The notes: generated from the sequence alone by a model not told the origin. A stretch of DNA of 64,000 bases from an uncultured virus (IMG/VR IMGVR_UViG_3300008050_000020) (IMGVR_UViG_3300008050_000020); one strand, 5' to 3'; counted from the stretch's first letter, positions 30,833-41,049 are shown. Numbers and translations are program-made.

Positions 30833-31091
30833 TCTCGTCAGGCATCGAAAGGCGCACTATCGCAAGAGTGATCAGTTGGGGATTCTCATTGAACCCGAGA
30901 TCATCTTTGATCGAGGATCTGGTCCACTCTCAATGAAAATCGAACACAAGGGAAAGCTCTTAGATTTCACGATGCCCACTGGCGGAGAGCCAAATACAAG
31001 AGCGGGCTGGCTGGTCCTGGTCGATAATTCTGTTGAATGGTGGGATACACGGGCTATCATTCCAGAGCAAGATACAACTCCCCTGGGTTGA
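30819..31091 (+). CDS. Small hypothetical protein (SH3/KOW-like GDLV start)
   Basis: MKEGDLVRH...LGILIE...WLVLVD. Overlaps the previous gene. Confidence 0.55.
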   Translation: MKEGDLVRHRKAHYRKSDQLGILIEPEIIFDRGSGPLSMKIEHKGKLLDFTMPTGGEPNTRAGWLVLVDNSVEWWDTRAIIPEQDTTPLG

Positions 31092-31250
31092 TACCCAAGT
31101 CTAGTTCTTAGAGCACTTCTAGACCATTCTAAGAGTCCCCAGCAGCATCTAGAGAGTATCTTCGCCCCTAAGCTGGTTTTGCTTCGGCGAGTCTGGAACG
31201 GATGTCCGCAGATAGTTAGACGCAGGCCGATCTGACAGGAGTTAGAGGGC

Positions 31251-32420
31251 ATGCCGTCCTTTGTGAACACAACAAGTCCGACTCCCTTCGGATTCTTTGA
31301 CACTGACACTGACTTCCAAACAGAAGCAGACGGAGTCGTCACGTTCGTCAAGCGCCGTCTTGGCGACGACATCCTAAGTGTCGAGTTAACTAGAAAACAG
31401 ATCTGGGCGGGCCTCGAAGAAGCAACTCTTGAGTACTCTCGCTTGATGAACGAGTACCAAGTCAAGTCGCAGCTCAACAATTGGTTGGGACAGTCAACAG
31501 GAAGTATCTCAGGATCTGAGCAGCTCTACCCACGTGAGAACCTCGAGTACCTCATCCGATTTGCTGAGCCCTACGCGGTTGAAGCGGGAATTGGAGGAAG
31601 CTACAACTCATTCTCAGGCTCAATTACTCTGGTTCCGGGTCGTCAGGATTACGATCTCTACTCTGAGCTGACCAGTTCAAATGGTGTGGCACTGTTTGAT
31701 CACCCGGAGAACAGCCCGCAGAGCAAGATGCGCATCCGCGAAGTCTTCCACTTTTCACCATCTGCTGCATACCGATTCTTCGATACGTCATCGGCTGTCA
31801 ACTACATGAATAATGAGTTCTCATTCGAGAGCTTCACACCCGAGACGATTTTCTACGTCCTCCCGGTCTTCGAAGATATTCTTCGCGCCGGCCAGCTTGA
31901 TCTCTCTCAGCGAGTCCGTCGGTCGAACTACAAGTACCAGATCATGGGACGCAAGATTCGCATCTTCCCAACACCGTCATCTCAGACAAGAACAAAGCTT
32001 TGGATCAGAGTCCAGTTCGCAGCGAATCCACTCAGCTCTTCGATTCCAGATCAGTCTATCTACGGTGTGTCCAATATCTCGAATGTGCCGTTCGGCAATC
32101 TCCAGTTCGGCAAGATCAATAGTATTGCTCGACAGTGGATTCGTCAGTACACACTGGCAATTAGCAAAGAGCTTCTGGGTAACATTCGATCAAAATTCGC
32201 GTCAGTTCCTATTCCAGGGAACGAGCTTACACTCAACGGTGACAGTCTCATCTCACAGGGTCGCGAAGACATCGACCGTCTTCGTCTTGAGCTTCGAGAG
32301 ATGCTTGACAGCCTCACGTATGATAAGCTTGTTGAAGTGGAAGCTGATCGTGCCGAAGCAATTCAAAGACAGCTAAGAATGGTTCCGATGCCCAATGGCA
32401 TGGCTATCATCACAGGATGA
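31251..32420 (+). CDS. Neck/head-tail adaptor protein (T4 gp13-like)
   Basis: VKRRLGDDILSVELT at the N-terminus. WIRQYTLAISKELLGNIRSKF...PGNELTLNG is typical of gp13. GATAGTTA motif upstream. Confidence 0.8.
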   Translation: MPSFVNTTSPTPFGFFDTDTDFQTEADGVVTFVKRRLGDDILSVELTRKQIWAGLEEATLEYSRLMNEYQVKSQLNNWLGQSTGSISGSEQLYPRENLEYLIRFAEPYAVEAGIGGSYNSFSGSITLVPGRQDYDLYSELTSSNGVALFDHPENSPQSKMRIREVFHFSPSAAYRFFDTSSAVNYMNNEFSFESFTPETIFYVLPVFEDILRAGQLDLSQRVRRSNYKYQIMGRKIRIFPTPSSQTRTKLWIRVQFAANPLSSSIPDQSIYGVSNISNVPFGNLQFGKINSIARQWIRQYTLAISKELLGNIRSKFASVPIPGNELTLNGDSLISQGREDIDRLRLELREMLDSLTYDKLVEVEADRAEAIQRQLRMVPMPNGMAIITG

Positions 32421-32428
32421 GGTAGAAA

Positions 32429-33100
32429 ATGGCACGACTGTTTATTACGCCTCGCGAGATTGACTTCATTAACGATCTCAACAAAGAGCTGGTCAAGGAT
32501 GTTGTTGGCCAGACTATCGTGCTGTACCCGATTTCTGAGATCAAGACGAAAGTTCATGACGTCTACCAGGAAGCTGTAAACAAGATCTTCGAAAAGCCCA
32601 TTCGTATCGATGCTCTCGTTGAGTGGGAACCAGAAGACGTTCGAACAAACCAGTTCGGAACAGAAGAGTTCACGTCAGTAACTGCGTTCATTCCGCATCG
32701 TGACATGATCAACAAGGACATCCGGCTTGCTGAAGGTGACTTCTTCAGTTATGGTCCGCAGTTCTTTGAGGTCACATCAGCTCGAACGACTCACAACATC
32801 TATGGCCAGATCGAATTCACGGGCGGGATGAAGCTCACGGGCAAGGAAGCTCGTCGCAGCCTCTTCATCTCAAAGCTCAAGGGTCCGACGGATGAAAACT
32901 ACTCTGACAGCGATGCAATTCAGGATCCGTTCCACCAGCAGCGCGGCTTTGATCAGAATGCAGAGGGACCCACGGGCGATGTCCGTGATCTACAGCGAAG
33001 AGGCGTCCTTGATGCTCCTCTCACAGGTCCAAGCGAGGTCTCATCTCTGGGTACGCTGACAGGCTCTGCCAACTCTAGCTTCTACGACGACCAGGACTGA
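32429..33100 (+). CDS. Neck/head closure protein (T4 gp14-like)
   Basis: Synteny after the gp13-like gene. HDVYQEA...F..PI and EGDFFSYG. Confidence 0.65.
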   Translation: MARLFITPREIDFINDLNKELVKDVVGQTIVLYPISEIKTKVHDVYQEAVNKIFEKPIRIDALVEWEPEDVRTNQFGTEEFTSVTAFIPHRDMINKDIRLAEGDFFSYGPQFFEVTSARTTHNIYGQIEFTGGMKLTGKEARRSLFISKLKGPTDENYSDSDAIQDPFHQQRGFDQNAEGPTGDVRDLQRRGVLDAPLTGPSEVSSLGTLTGSANSSFYDDQD

Positions 33101-33103
33101 TGA

Positions 33104-34306
33104 ATGGCTGAGAATGTCCATGACGTCACAGATCGTCTACCAGACGGACTAGCAGGGAATGACATCCCTGACGATTTCTCAATTCCCTCTTGCGGAATTG
33201 AGGACGTTGATCGCGCCCTCTTTGACAAGTTCAACAAAGGGATTGGGTTCGTCCTCGAGCAGGGCGGTGAAGTCAAGAGTGTGCCGGTTGTCTTTGCCGG
33301 AGGTGAGCGCTTCGCGATGGTGAAGCGCAAGGATCCCATTCGCGACAAGAACGGCACACTTATTCTGCCGCTCATCTCTCTCTACCGAACAGGCATTGAT
33401 CAGTCAGAGACGCTAAGCGGCTTGGGGCGCGGTATCGGCCAGGATACGGGAGAGCTCGTCATCAAGAAGCGCCTCTCTCCTAAAGATCGAGATTATCAGC
33501 GCATCAAGAATGCAATCAATCTCAAGAACCAAGATGACGTCACATCCGCCGAGCATCTAGCACAGGTTGCCCGCCCAGAAAAGAACGTCCTTGACACCCT
33601 GGGAACTCGACGTGCCATTGGTCGCAACGAATCGTCCAAGGTCGCAGGCAACATGCTGTCATCCGATCTCAAGGACAACATTGTAGAGATCATCACGATT
33701 CCGTTCCCTGAGTTCTTTAGGGCAACGTACGAAGTGACCTTCTGGACACAGCACGTCCAGCAGATGAATACGCTTCTTGAAACAATGATGACGGCATACG
33801 ACGCGCAGCACAACCAGTTCAGAATTGACTCCCCGAAGGGTTACTGGTTCGTTGCATTTGTTGGTGACAACTTCAATGCGGGTGACAACTTCAAGGATTA
33901 TGCAGACAATGAGCGTCTCATCAAGTATTCCTTCGAAATTCAGACGACCGGTTACATTGTAGGCACTAAGCACCCTGGACAGAGAAGCCCACTCAGGCGA
34001 TATCATTCATCGCCTCAGATCTCATTCGGCATTCAGTCTTCGCCCGGCGCTGTTCAAGGCCCCCGTCCGTCAGGTAACGGCTCAGGTAATCCTGACTCAT
34101 TCATTTTGTCTGACGTTACTGAGCTCGACAAGGCTGGTACACCCATTCTAAGTCGAAACCATTCCCCCGACAAAGTTCTCCAGGTCGTTGAAGATCCTTT
34201 CACTGGAAAGGATGAACGAAAGTATGCTAGAGTCCTCACCAGGAATCAGCGTGCAGGGGAGACAGTTGCTCGTCTCACCGACCTGGACAACGTCCTGTCA
34301 GACTGA
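33104..34306 (+). CDS. Tail completion/sheath terminator protein (gp15-like)
   Basis: IEDVDRA, VPVVFAGGERF, LILPLISLYRT, PEFFRATYEVTFWT...QMNTLLE. Directly precedes the sheath gene. Confidence 0.7.
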   Translation: MAENVHDVTDRLPDGLAGNDIPDDFSIPSCGIEDVDRALFDKFNKGIGFVLEQGGEVKSVPVVFAGGERFAMVKRKDPIRDKNGTLILPLISLYRTGIDQSETLSGLGRGIGQDTGELVIKKRLSPKDRDYQRIKNAINLKNQDDVTSAEHLAQVARPEKNVLDTLGTRRAIGRNESSKVAGNMLSSDLKDNIVEIITIPFPEFFRATYEVTFWTQHVQQMNTLLETMMTAYDAQHNQFRIDSPKGYWFVAFVGDNFNAGDNFKDYADNERLIKYSFEIQTTGYIVGTKHPGQRSPLRRYHSSPQISFGIQSSPGAVQGPRPSGNGSGNPDSFILSDVTELDKAGTPILSRNHSPDKVLQVVEDPFTGKDERKYARVLTRNQRAGETVARLTDLDNVLSD

Positions 34307-34374
34307 AACTTGAGGGTCCGGACGATACGTATGTCTAGCGTCAGACCTGACCCGCGTTAAGGAGAGCGAACTCC

Positions 34375-37300
34375 ATGGCAGAGCAGACTTTTCGATCCCC
34401 TGGGTTCTTCGAACAGGAGATTGACCTGACTTCACGTCAGCAGTCCCCCGTCGGAGTTCCAGCGGGCATTGCCGGCACGTCCCAGAAGGGCCCTGCTTTT
34501 GTCCCTGTGACTGTCGGTTCCTTCCCAGATTTCCAGTCCAAGTTTGGTACACTTGATCCGAAGAAGTTCGGGCCCTATGCTGTCCGAGAATTTTTGAAGC
34601 ATCGCACGGCGGTGACCTACATGCGTGTTCTCGGAGCAGGCTCGAATGAGTCTACCACCGAGATTGAAACGACACGCGCACAGGGAACTGTGACGAATGC
34701 TGGCTTCAAGATTGAAGGAACTGCTACAACTGCTGACGTTGCTTCTGGTCGACACCAGGGAGCAGTGCAGTTCCTTGTAGCACGCCACTTTGTCTCGGCA
34801 TCGGAGGCAGTGGGATTCCCAACTGCTTTCACAGACAACGACTCGTACGGTACCTCTGTTGACAGCTTCGTCAATCTCGTCCGTGCAATGATCTTGGTTC
34901 CTTCGGGGACTCGCATCATGGTCCTGAACGGAACTGGCGAGGCGTATGCTGACACAGCAGATGACCTTGCTACAGTTACGTCCGCCGGACGCTTCAAGCT
35001 GGTTATCTCTTCGTCGACTTCTGCATACTCTACCGCAGACGGTAACGTTGGTCTTCGTATTCTAACAGCTTCACTTGATCCGAATCTTGAAGATTACATC
35101 GGAAAGATTCTCAACACGGATCCTGAGAAGTTCATCAACGAAGAGCACTACCTCTTCGCCGACTTCGCAGTCGAAGATGAGTTGGCTACTGTCGCAACAG
35201 AAGCAAGCACCGTTGCCGTTGTCTCTGGTTCGGGACTCACCTCCGACACATCAGGCGATACTGCACAGCTCTTCCGAAACGCTTACGGTCGATTTGACAC
35301 TCGATACACAACGCCTCGGACACCCGCAATCATCTCCCAGCCTTTCGGTGGAACTGAGTACGACCTCTTCCACTTCGAAGCCCTCGATGACGGCGCATAC
35401 TCGAACACCAAGATCAAGGTTTCTATCCGAGATCTTCGCGGTTCGACTAACCCTGCTGACGAGTACGGTACTTTCACCGTCAACGTCCGAACTTACGATG
35501 ACCAGGACACAAATCCTGAGGTTCTCGAGTCCTTCCCGCAGGTGTCTCTCAACCCGCGGGCTGAGAACTACATTGCGAAGGCAGTGGGTGACAAGAAGGT
35601 CTACTTCAACTTCGATGCAACAGATGATGATGAACGTCGCCTGATTGTTCAGGGTCTCTACCCGAACAAGTCACAGCGTCTAAGAATCGTCATGAATCCT
35701 GCTGTTGAGAAGGGTCTCGTCCCTGCTAAGGCACTTCCATTCGGATTCCGTGGCGTCCCCGTCTTGAAGACTTCGGACACACTTACTGACACTGCCACCG
35801 TTCTAGCTAGCGAAGGTGATGCTCCAGCTCGCCGTCTCGCACTTTCGGGTGCTTCTGGTGAATCGGTCCTGACGGGCTCTGTGGTTCCACCCCTTCCTAT
35901 GCGATTCAAGATCACTAAGGGACAGGTTGCAACTGCTGGTGGCTTTAGTGGAAATCCTGGTGTCGGCGAGATCGTTGATGGTCGTTTCCACTGGGGTGTC
36001 AAGTTCGAAAGGCTTCCGCTTACGGGAACTACTTCTAACTCAATCTACAACCCGAACATCGGCTCTGCAAAGAACAAGCTGGTCGAAGCCTACGGTAAGT
36101 TCCTCGGCATCGAGAAGATGGATGTTCTGGTTACTGGATCTGGTGCTGATGCCTTCGGTAACAACAAGTTCACTCTCGCTCGCGTAGCTTTCTCCAACGA
36201 TGCGGTCACTGCTCTCACGGGCGGTGTCAAGGACCACATCCTGGAGATGGCATACATCCGAAACGCAGTAGTGGATCCTGTTGACTACACAGTGACAGAC
36301 GGTACGCTTTCGTCCCGAATCACTTATGCAACTCTTGTCAACCAGACGTCGTCCGTCGACTTCAACAGGTTCTCAGAGTACGCAAAGTTCAGCACATTCA
36401 TGTACGGTGGCTTCGACGGCGTCAACATGCTTGACCGTGATGCGGCCAGGATGAATGACCTTGCAGCTTCCTCAGATACTGGTGGTGCTGCTGCATCGTC
36501 CTTCGTCTCGCCTGGCCTTGCGACTAACGTCAACGGAACTGGAAAGACGAACCAGACAGTGTTCGCATACCGAACTGCTGCACGCTTGATGACGGATCCG
36601 TTTGTGGTCAACACGAACATTCTCGCCATCCCTGGTATTCGTGACTCCTTTGTCACCGATTACGCTGCGACTAAGACTCGTGAGTACTCGAAGGCCATCT
36701 ACTTGATGGATATTGCAGAGTACGACGAAGACAACACTCGCCTCTTTGACAACAGTGTTGCTAAGCCTGATGTTCGAAAGACGTCTGAGGCCTTCGACAG
36801 TCGTGCAGTAGACAACAGCTACGCAGCGGCATTCTTCCCCGATGTTCAGATTGACGACCCGGTCAACACTCGTCGAGTAACGGTTCCGGCATCTATCGCT
36901 GCTATCGCCGCATTGGCATTCAATGACAAGAGCAGCTACCCTTGGTTCGCACCCGCTGGCTTCAACCGTGGTAGCCTTGACTTTGTCGCCAATGTTGATG
37001 TTCGACTGACTGCTAACGATCGCGACGTCCTCTACGACACACGAATCAACCCTATTGCTACTTTCCCACGAGAAGGCTTCGTTATCTTCGGGCAGAAGAC
37101 TCTGCAGCAGGCACGTTCTGCACTCGACAGAGTCAACGTCCGACGTCTCATGCTTGAGATTAAGCGTCTCGTTGGAGACATCGCACAGCGATTCGTCTTC
37201 GAACAGAACACAGCAGCTACACGACAGAAGTTCGTTTCCCAAATCACACCTCTTTTGGCACTTGTCCAGACGCAGGCGGGTGTGGAATCGTTCAAGGTGG

Positions 37301-37440
37301 TCGTTGATTCAACCAACAATACCGATGAAGACATCGAGGCGAACCGTCTGAACGGACGCATTGTCGTTGTTCCGACCAGGACGGTGGAATTCGTCGCAGT
37401 TGACTTCATCATCACGAACTCCGGCGTGAGCTTCGAGTGA
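34375..37440 (+). CDS. gp18: Tail sheath protein, copy 1
   Basis: FRSPGFFEQEIDL, KGPAFVP, PWFAPAGFNRG, INPIATFP, FGQKTLQ, SALDRVNVRRL, FVFEQN, PTRTVEFV. Confidence 0.95.
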   Translation: MAEQTFRSPGFFEQEIDLTSRQQSPVGVPAGIAGTSQKGPAFVPVTVGSFPDFQSKFGTLDPKKFGPYAVREFLKHRTAVTYMRVLGAGSNESTTEIETTRAQGTVTNAGFKIEGTATTADVASGRHQGAVQFLVARHFVSASEAVGFPTAFTDNDSYGTSVDSFVNLVRAMILVPSGTRIMVLNGTGEAYADTADDLATVTSAGRFKLVISSSTSAYSTADGNVGLRILTASLDPNLEDYIGKILNTDPEKFINEEHYLFADFAVEDELATVATEASTVAVVSGSGLTSDTSGDTAQLFRNAYGRFDTRYTTPRTPAIISQPFGGTEYDLFHFEALDDGAYSNTKIKVSIRDLRGSTNPADEYGTFTVNVRTYDDQDTNPEVLESFPQVSLNPRAENYIAKAVGDKKVYFNFDATDDDERRLIVQGLYPNKSQRLRIVMNPAVEKGLVPAKALPFGFRGVPVLKTSDTLTDTATVLASEGDAPARRLALSGASGESVLTGSVVPPLPMRFKITKGQVATAGGFSGNPGVGEIVDGRFHWGVKFERLPLTGTTSNSIYNPNIGSAKNKLVEAYGKFLGIEKMDVLVTGSGADAFGNNKFTLARVAFSNDAVTALTGGVKDHILEMAYIRNAVVDPVDYTVTDGTLSSRITYATLVNQTSSVDFNRFSEYAKFSTFMYGGFDGVNMLDRDAARMNDLAASSDTGGAAASSFVSPGLATNVNGTGKTNQTVFAYRTAARLMTDPFVVNTNILAIPGIRDSFVTDYAATKTREYSKAIYLMDIAEYDEDNTRLFDNSVAKPDVRKTSEAFDSRAVDNSYAAAFFPDVQIDDPVNTRRVTVPASIAAIAALAFNDKSSYPWFAPAGFNRGSLDFVANVDVRLTANDRDVLYDTRINPIATFPREGFVIFGQKTLQQARSALDRVNVRRLMLEIKRLVGDIAQRFVFEQNTAATRQKFVSQITPLLALVQTQAGVESFKVVVDSTNNTDEDIEANRLNGRIVVVPTRTVEFVAVDFIITNSGVSFE
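35818..35863 (+). repeat. 46-nt segment of sheath 1 duplicated at 40996-41041
   Basis: gatgctccagctcgccgtctcgcactttcgggtgct(t/g)ctggtgaat, 45/46 identical. Confidence 0.95.
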
Positions 37441-37476
37441 CGGATAGGTACACACGACCTATGGAGACAGTGAGCA

Positions 37477-40470
37477 ATGTCTGAACTGACTTTTCGCAGC
37501 CCTGGTGTAAGCGCTCGTGAGATCGACCTAAGCGGTCCCGCGAATGTTGCCCCCACGGGTGTTCCTGCAGGAATTATCGGAACCGCAAATCAGGGGCCCG
37601 CTTTCGTTCCTGTCACACTCGGCACAACACAGGACTTCGTGTCCAAGTTTGGTGAGTCTGATGGTGAGAAGTTTGGTCCACTTGCTGTTATCGAATGGCT
37701 GAGTAACGCCCAGTCTGTCACCTACATGCGAGTGCTCGGTGCTGGTGATGGCACCAAGCGTACTTCATCGGGTAATAACACTGGAAAGGTAACTCGTTCC
37801 GGCTTCGTCGTCGGCGCCCAGCAGGTGCAGGACTCGGGTATTCTTGCACGAAACAGCAAGGCAGTGAACAACGGCATCCCAGGTCGTACTCACTTCCTCG
37901 GCTGCTTCATGTCTGAGTCTGCAGGATCAGATATCTTCTCGACTTCTGGCATCCAGAACTCGGGTGAGAACATTGCACAGCCCATCCTTCGAGCAGTCAT
38001 CATGGCACCGTCGGGTGTCGTTCCAATGCTCTCCGGAAACAACACACCGTCGGCTCAGCCCTCGAACACTGTAGCAGCCACTGCTGTGGGTCCTCAGGGT
38101 GCAATGACGGGAGCAGTAGATTTGACCTCGGCTCAGCAGGACTTTGTCATCCTTCTGAATGGTCACATCAACACGAACCAGTATCCCAACCTGCTCACTT
38201 GCTCCTTTGATGTGGATGCACCGAACTACTTCGGAAACATCCTCAACACAGATCCAGAGCTCATTGAGTCAGCGGGGCACTACCTCTACTCGCAGTACGA
38301 CGTTCACCCTGTGATTGCTGCACCGACTGGCTCGGGCATCATTACATCAAGTGCTGGAATCGATGGCGGTCGCCACCCGATTGCCTTCCTTCTGACATCA
38401 TCGTTGGCACGCAACGTGGGTTCAACCACGATTCCCAACTTTGAGAGCTTCGAAGATCGGTACATCACGCCGTTCTCGCCTTACGTTACTTCGCAGAAGT
38501 TCGGTGGAAGCCCAGTCAATCTGTTCAAGGTTCACGCCCTGTCCGACGGCGCTTTTGCTAACACGAGATTCAAGATCTCCATTCGGAACGTGGCTAAGTC
38601 TACTTCTGAGACGGATCTTTACGGAACCTTCGACCTGCTAGTCAGAGACTTCAACGATAACGATGATGATCCAGTCATTCTCGAGTCCTTCCTCAAGCTT
38701 AGCCTCAACCCAAGCTCTGAGCGTTACGTTGCTAAGATCATTGGCGACCAGTATTGGTACTGGGACTTCGACAAGAATTCGGACGGTCAGCGTCTAGTTC
38801 TTGAGGGAAGCTTCCCGAACCTCTCTGCACTCGTTCGAGTTGAGATGAATCAGTCAGTTGAAGATGCTGAGGTTGATTCAACCGCGCTTCCCGTCGGATT
38901 CCGCGGCCCTCACCACTTGGCAACTTCTGGCTCGTCTATCATGACGACCATTGCAGGTGTGACTGACCAGTTCAACGCAGGTGCAAACCTTGCGTTCACT
39001 CGTCTGGTTGAGCCTCCGGTTCCTTTCCGAGAGAGCATTGCAACGGGTGTGGATCCCAAGCTCACAGAGAACAGCAACTTCTACTGGGGAGTGCAGTTCG
39101 AGCGGAAGACCAGCATCACTGAACCTAACTCTTCGCTGGTTCCCGATCCAACGATTGCATCTTACACGAAGTACCAGCCGAAGTTCCACACCACTTGGCA
39201 GTCGCCGTGGGTTGGTGATAACGCTGGAACAGCTGACGTTGGCGGAACGGTTCTTGATAGCGACCGGTTCAACAACAACTCATTCTCTCTCGAGAATGTG
39301 CAGGTTCGTACTGGCTCCAACGGACTCGCCGATGCAAAGGAGTGGGCATCCGCCTCGTACGTCCGACAGGGCAACATCTCAGCTAACGCTGCAAACAAGA
39401 CTCGTGCGCTTAGCGTTAACGATGACTTCGGCGACCTAACTGTCAAGACCTACGCTAAGTTCTCCTTCATCATCCAGGGCGGATTCGACGGAGTCAATAT
39501 CTTTGACCCGAACAAGACAGATCTGGTTAATGCAGCAATCATCCAGGAGATGGATGACGCGAACCAGGGACAGGATGACGGTCCTACTGTCATGGCCTTC
39601 AAGAAGGCTCTCGACATCATGGGTGAGACTTCAGAGGTTGACATCAAGCTTCTTGCAGTCCCAGGTATTCGTCACAGCGTGGTTTCGGACAAGGCGATCG
39701 ATGTCGTTGAGACTCGATTCGACGCTCTGTACATCATGGACATCGATGAGCGAGACACTGTTGACAGTGTGGTTACCTCGTCAGCTATCCAGGACATTAG
39801 CGTAACGAACACCGCGGCGGCTTTCACAAGCCGTAACCTGGACACCAGCTTCGCTGCGGCATACTTCCCAGATGCTGTCGTCACTGACCCGTTCACGCTG
39901 ACAAATGTCCAGGTTCCGCCTTCGGTTGTTGTCCTGGGTGCCATGTCTCTGAATGACAAGGTTGCTCACCCGTGGTTCGCACCTGCAGGCTTCAACCGAG
40001 GAGCACTGGACTCTACTCTCGAGACTGTTGTTTCGCTGGGACGAAAGAACTTGGATGTCCTCTACGACGCCAAGATCAACCCAATCGCAACGTTCCCTGG
40101 AACTAAGGGTCCGGTCGTTTGGGGTCAGAAGACGCTTCTCGCAACGCAGAGTGCACTTGACCGTGTCAACGTACGTCGTCTCCTAATCGAGATTCGTCGT
40201 CAGGTTAAGATGCTCTCCAGGCGGGTCATCTTTGAGCCTAACCGAGACAGCACACTGGCACGCTTTGAAGCACTGGTTCGCCCACGCCTCCAGCGCATCC
40301 AAGAGCTCCAGGGCGTTGAGCGCTTCCGAGTCAAGATTGATACCACAACGACCACTCAGGCCGATGTGGAAAACAACACGATTCGTGGAAAGATCTTCCT
40401 CCAGCCGACCCGCACCATCGAGTTCGTGTCCCTGGACTTCGTCATCACCAACGCAGGTGCGGTTGTCTAA
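37477..40470 (+). CDS. gp18: Tail sheath protein, copy 2
   Basis: FRSPGVSAREIDL, QGPAFVP, PWFAPAGFNRG, INPIATFP, WGQKTLL, SALDRVNVRRL, IFEPN, PTRTIEFV. Confidence 0.95.
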   Translation: MSELTFRSPGVSAREIDLSGPANVAPTGVPAGIIGTANQGPAFVPVTLGTTQDFVSKFGESDGEKFGPLAVIEWLSNAQSVTYMRVLGAGDGTKRTSSGNNTGKVTRSGFVVGAQQVQDSGILARNSKAVNNGIPGRTHFLGCFMSESAGSDIFSTSGIQNSGENIAQPILRAVIMAPSGVVPMLSGNNTPSAQPSNTVAATAVGPQGAMTGAVDLTSAQQDFVILLNGHINTNQYPNLLTCSFDVDAPNYFGNILNTDPELIESAGHYLYSQYDVHPVIAAPTGSGIITSSAGIDGGRHPIAFLLTSSLARNVGSTTIPNFESFEDRYITPFSPYVTSQKFGGSPVNLFKVHALSDGAFANTRFKISIRNVAKSTSETDLYGTFDLLVRDFNDNDDDPVILESFLKLSLNPSSERYVAKIIGDQYWYWDFDKNSDGQRLVLEGSFPNLSALVRVEMNQSVEDAEVDSTALPVGFRGPHHLATSGSSIMTTIAGVTDQFNAGANLAFTRLVEPPVPFRESIATGVDPKLTENSNFYWGVQFERKTSITEPNSSLVPDPTIASYTKYQPKFHTTWQSPWVGDNAGTADVGGTVLDSDRFNNNSFSLENVQVRTGSNGLADAKEWASASYVRQGNISANAANKTRALSVNDDFGDLTVKTYAKFSFIIQGGFDGVNIFDPNKTDLVNAAIIQEMDDANQGQDDGPTVMAFKKALDIMGETSEVDIKLLAVPGIRHSVVSDKAIDVVETRFDALYIMDIDERDTVDSVVTSSAIQDISVTNTAAAFTSRNLDTSFAAAYFPDAVVTDPFTLTNVQVPPSVVVLGAMSLNDKVAHPWFAPAGFNRGALDSTLETVVSLGRKNLDVLYDAKINPIATFPGTKGPVVWGQKTLLATQSALDRVNVRRLLIEIRRQVKMLSRRVIFEPNRDSTLARFEALVRPRLQRIQELQGVERFRVKIDTTTTTQADVENNTIRGKIFLQPTRTIEFVSLDFVITNAGAVV

Positions 40471-40748
40471 TGAAGCTTACACGTGAATCCCTTCGCTCTC
40501 TGATCTTGAGAGAGATGAAGTCACTCAATGAAGGTCCTCCTGGTGTTCCGTCAGCATCATGGGAAGAGGCTGCAGCTGACGAAGGCGACGCTGGCTTGCT
40601 CGCTCGTGACGAGTTGATGCATCACGGAGTACAGAATGCTCTTCGTGAACTTGCTGACGACATGTACGCCGCTGGAATCGAAGATCATGACATTGTGCGT
40701 TCCATCATCATGGAAGGTGTAGGTCACGTTTTCGATAGCATCTACTGA
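40470..40748 (+). CDS. Small acidic protein, MKLTR-leader family
   Basis: MKLTRESLRSLILREMKSLNE. Coupled to the sheath stop (TAATG). Confidence 0.75.
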   Translation: MKLTRESLRSLILREMKSLNEGPPGVPSASWEEAAADEGDAGLLARDELMHHGVQNALRELADDMYAAGIEDHDIVRSIIMEGVGHVFDSIY

Positions 40749-40755
40749 GATTCTC

Positions 40756-41049
40756 ATGAAGCTTACACGAAATAGTCTGCGACGTGCTATTCTCCAGGAG
40801 ATGCGTCTTCTAGAGAGTTCACAGCAGTCTGCCGTTGAAGATTTGAATCGAGCGCTTGATTCTCTTTTCGCTGTATTGAGCTCAAAGGGCTACGAAGTTA
40901 GAGACATGCGCTCGCTTGTCATGGGAGAGGTCGAAGGATCACTCCAGGATTTTGCTGATGACCGTGAAGGCATGGATGTCTACGATGAAGAGCGAGATGC
41001 TCCAGCTCGCCGTCTCGCACTTTCGGGTGCTGCTGGTGAATACGAATGA
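40756..41049 (+). CDS. Small acidic protein, MKLTR-leader family, ending in a sheath-derived peptide
   Basis: MKLTRNSLRRAILQEMRLLE. C-terminus DAPARRLALSGAAGE. Confidence 0.75.
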   Translation: MKLTRNSLRRAILQEMRLLESSQQSAVEDLNRALDSLFAVLSSKGYEVRDMRSLVMGEVEGSLQDFADDREGMDVYDEERDAPARRLALSGAAGEYE

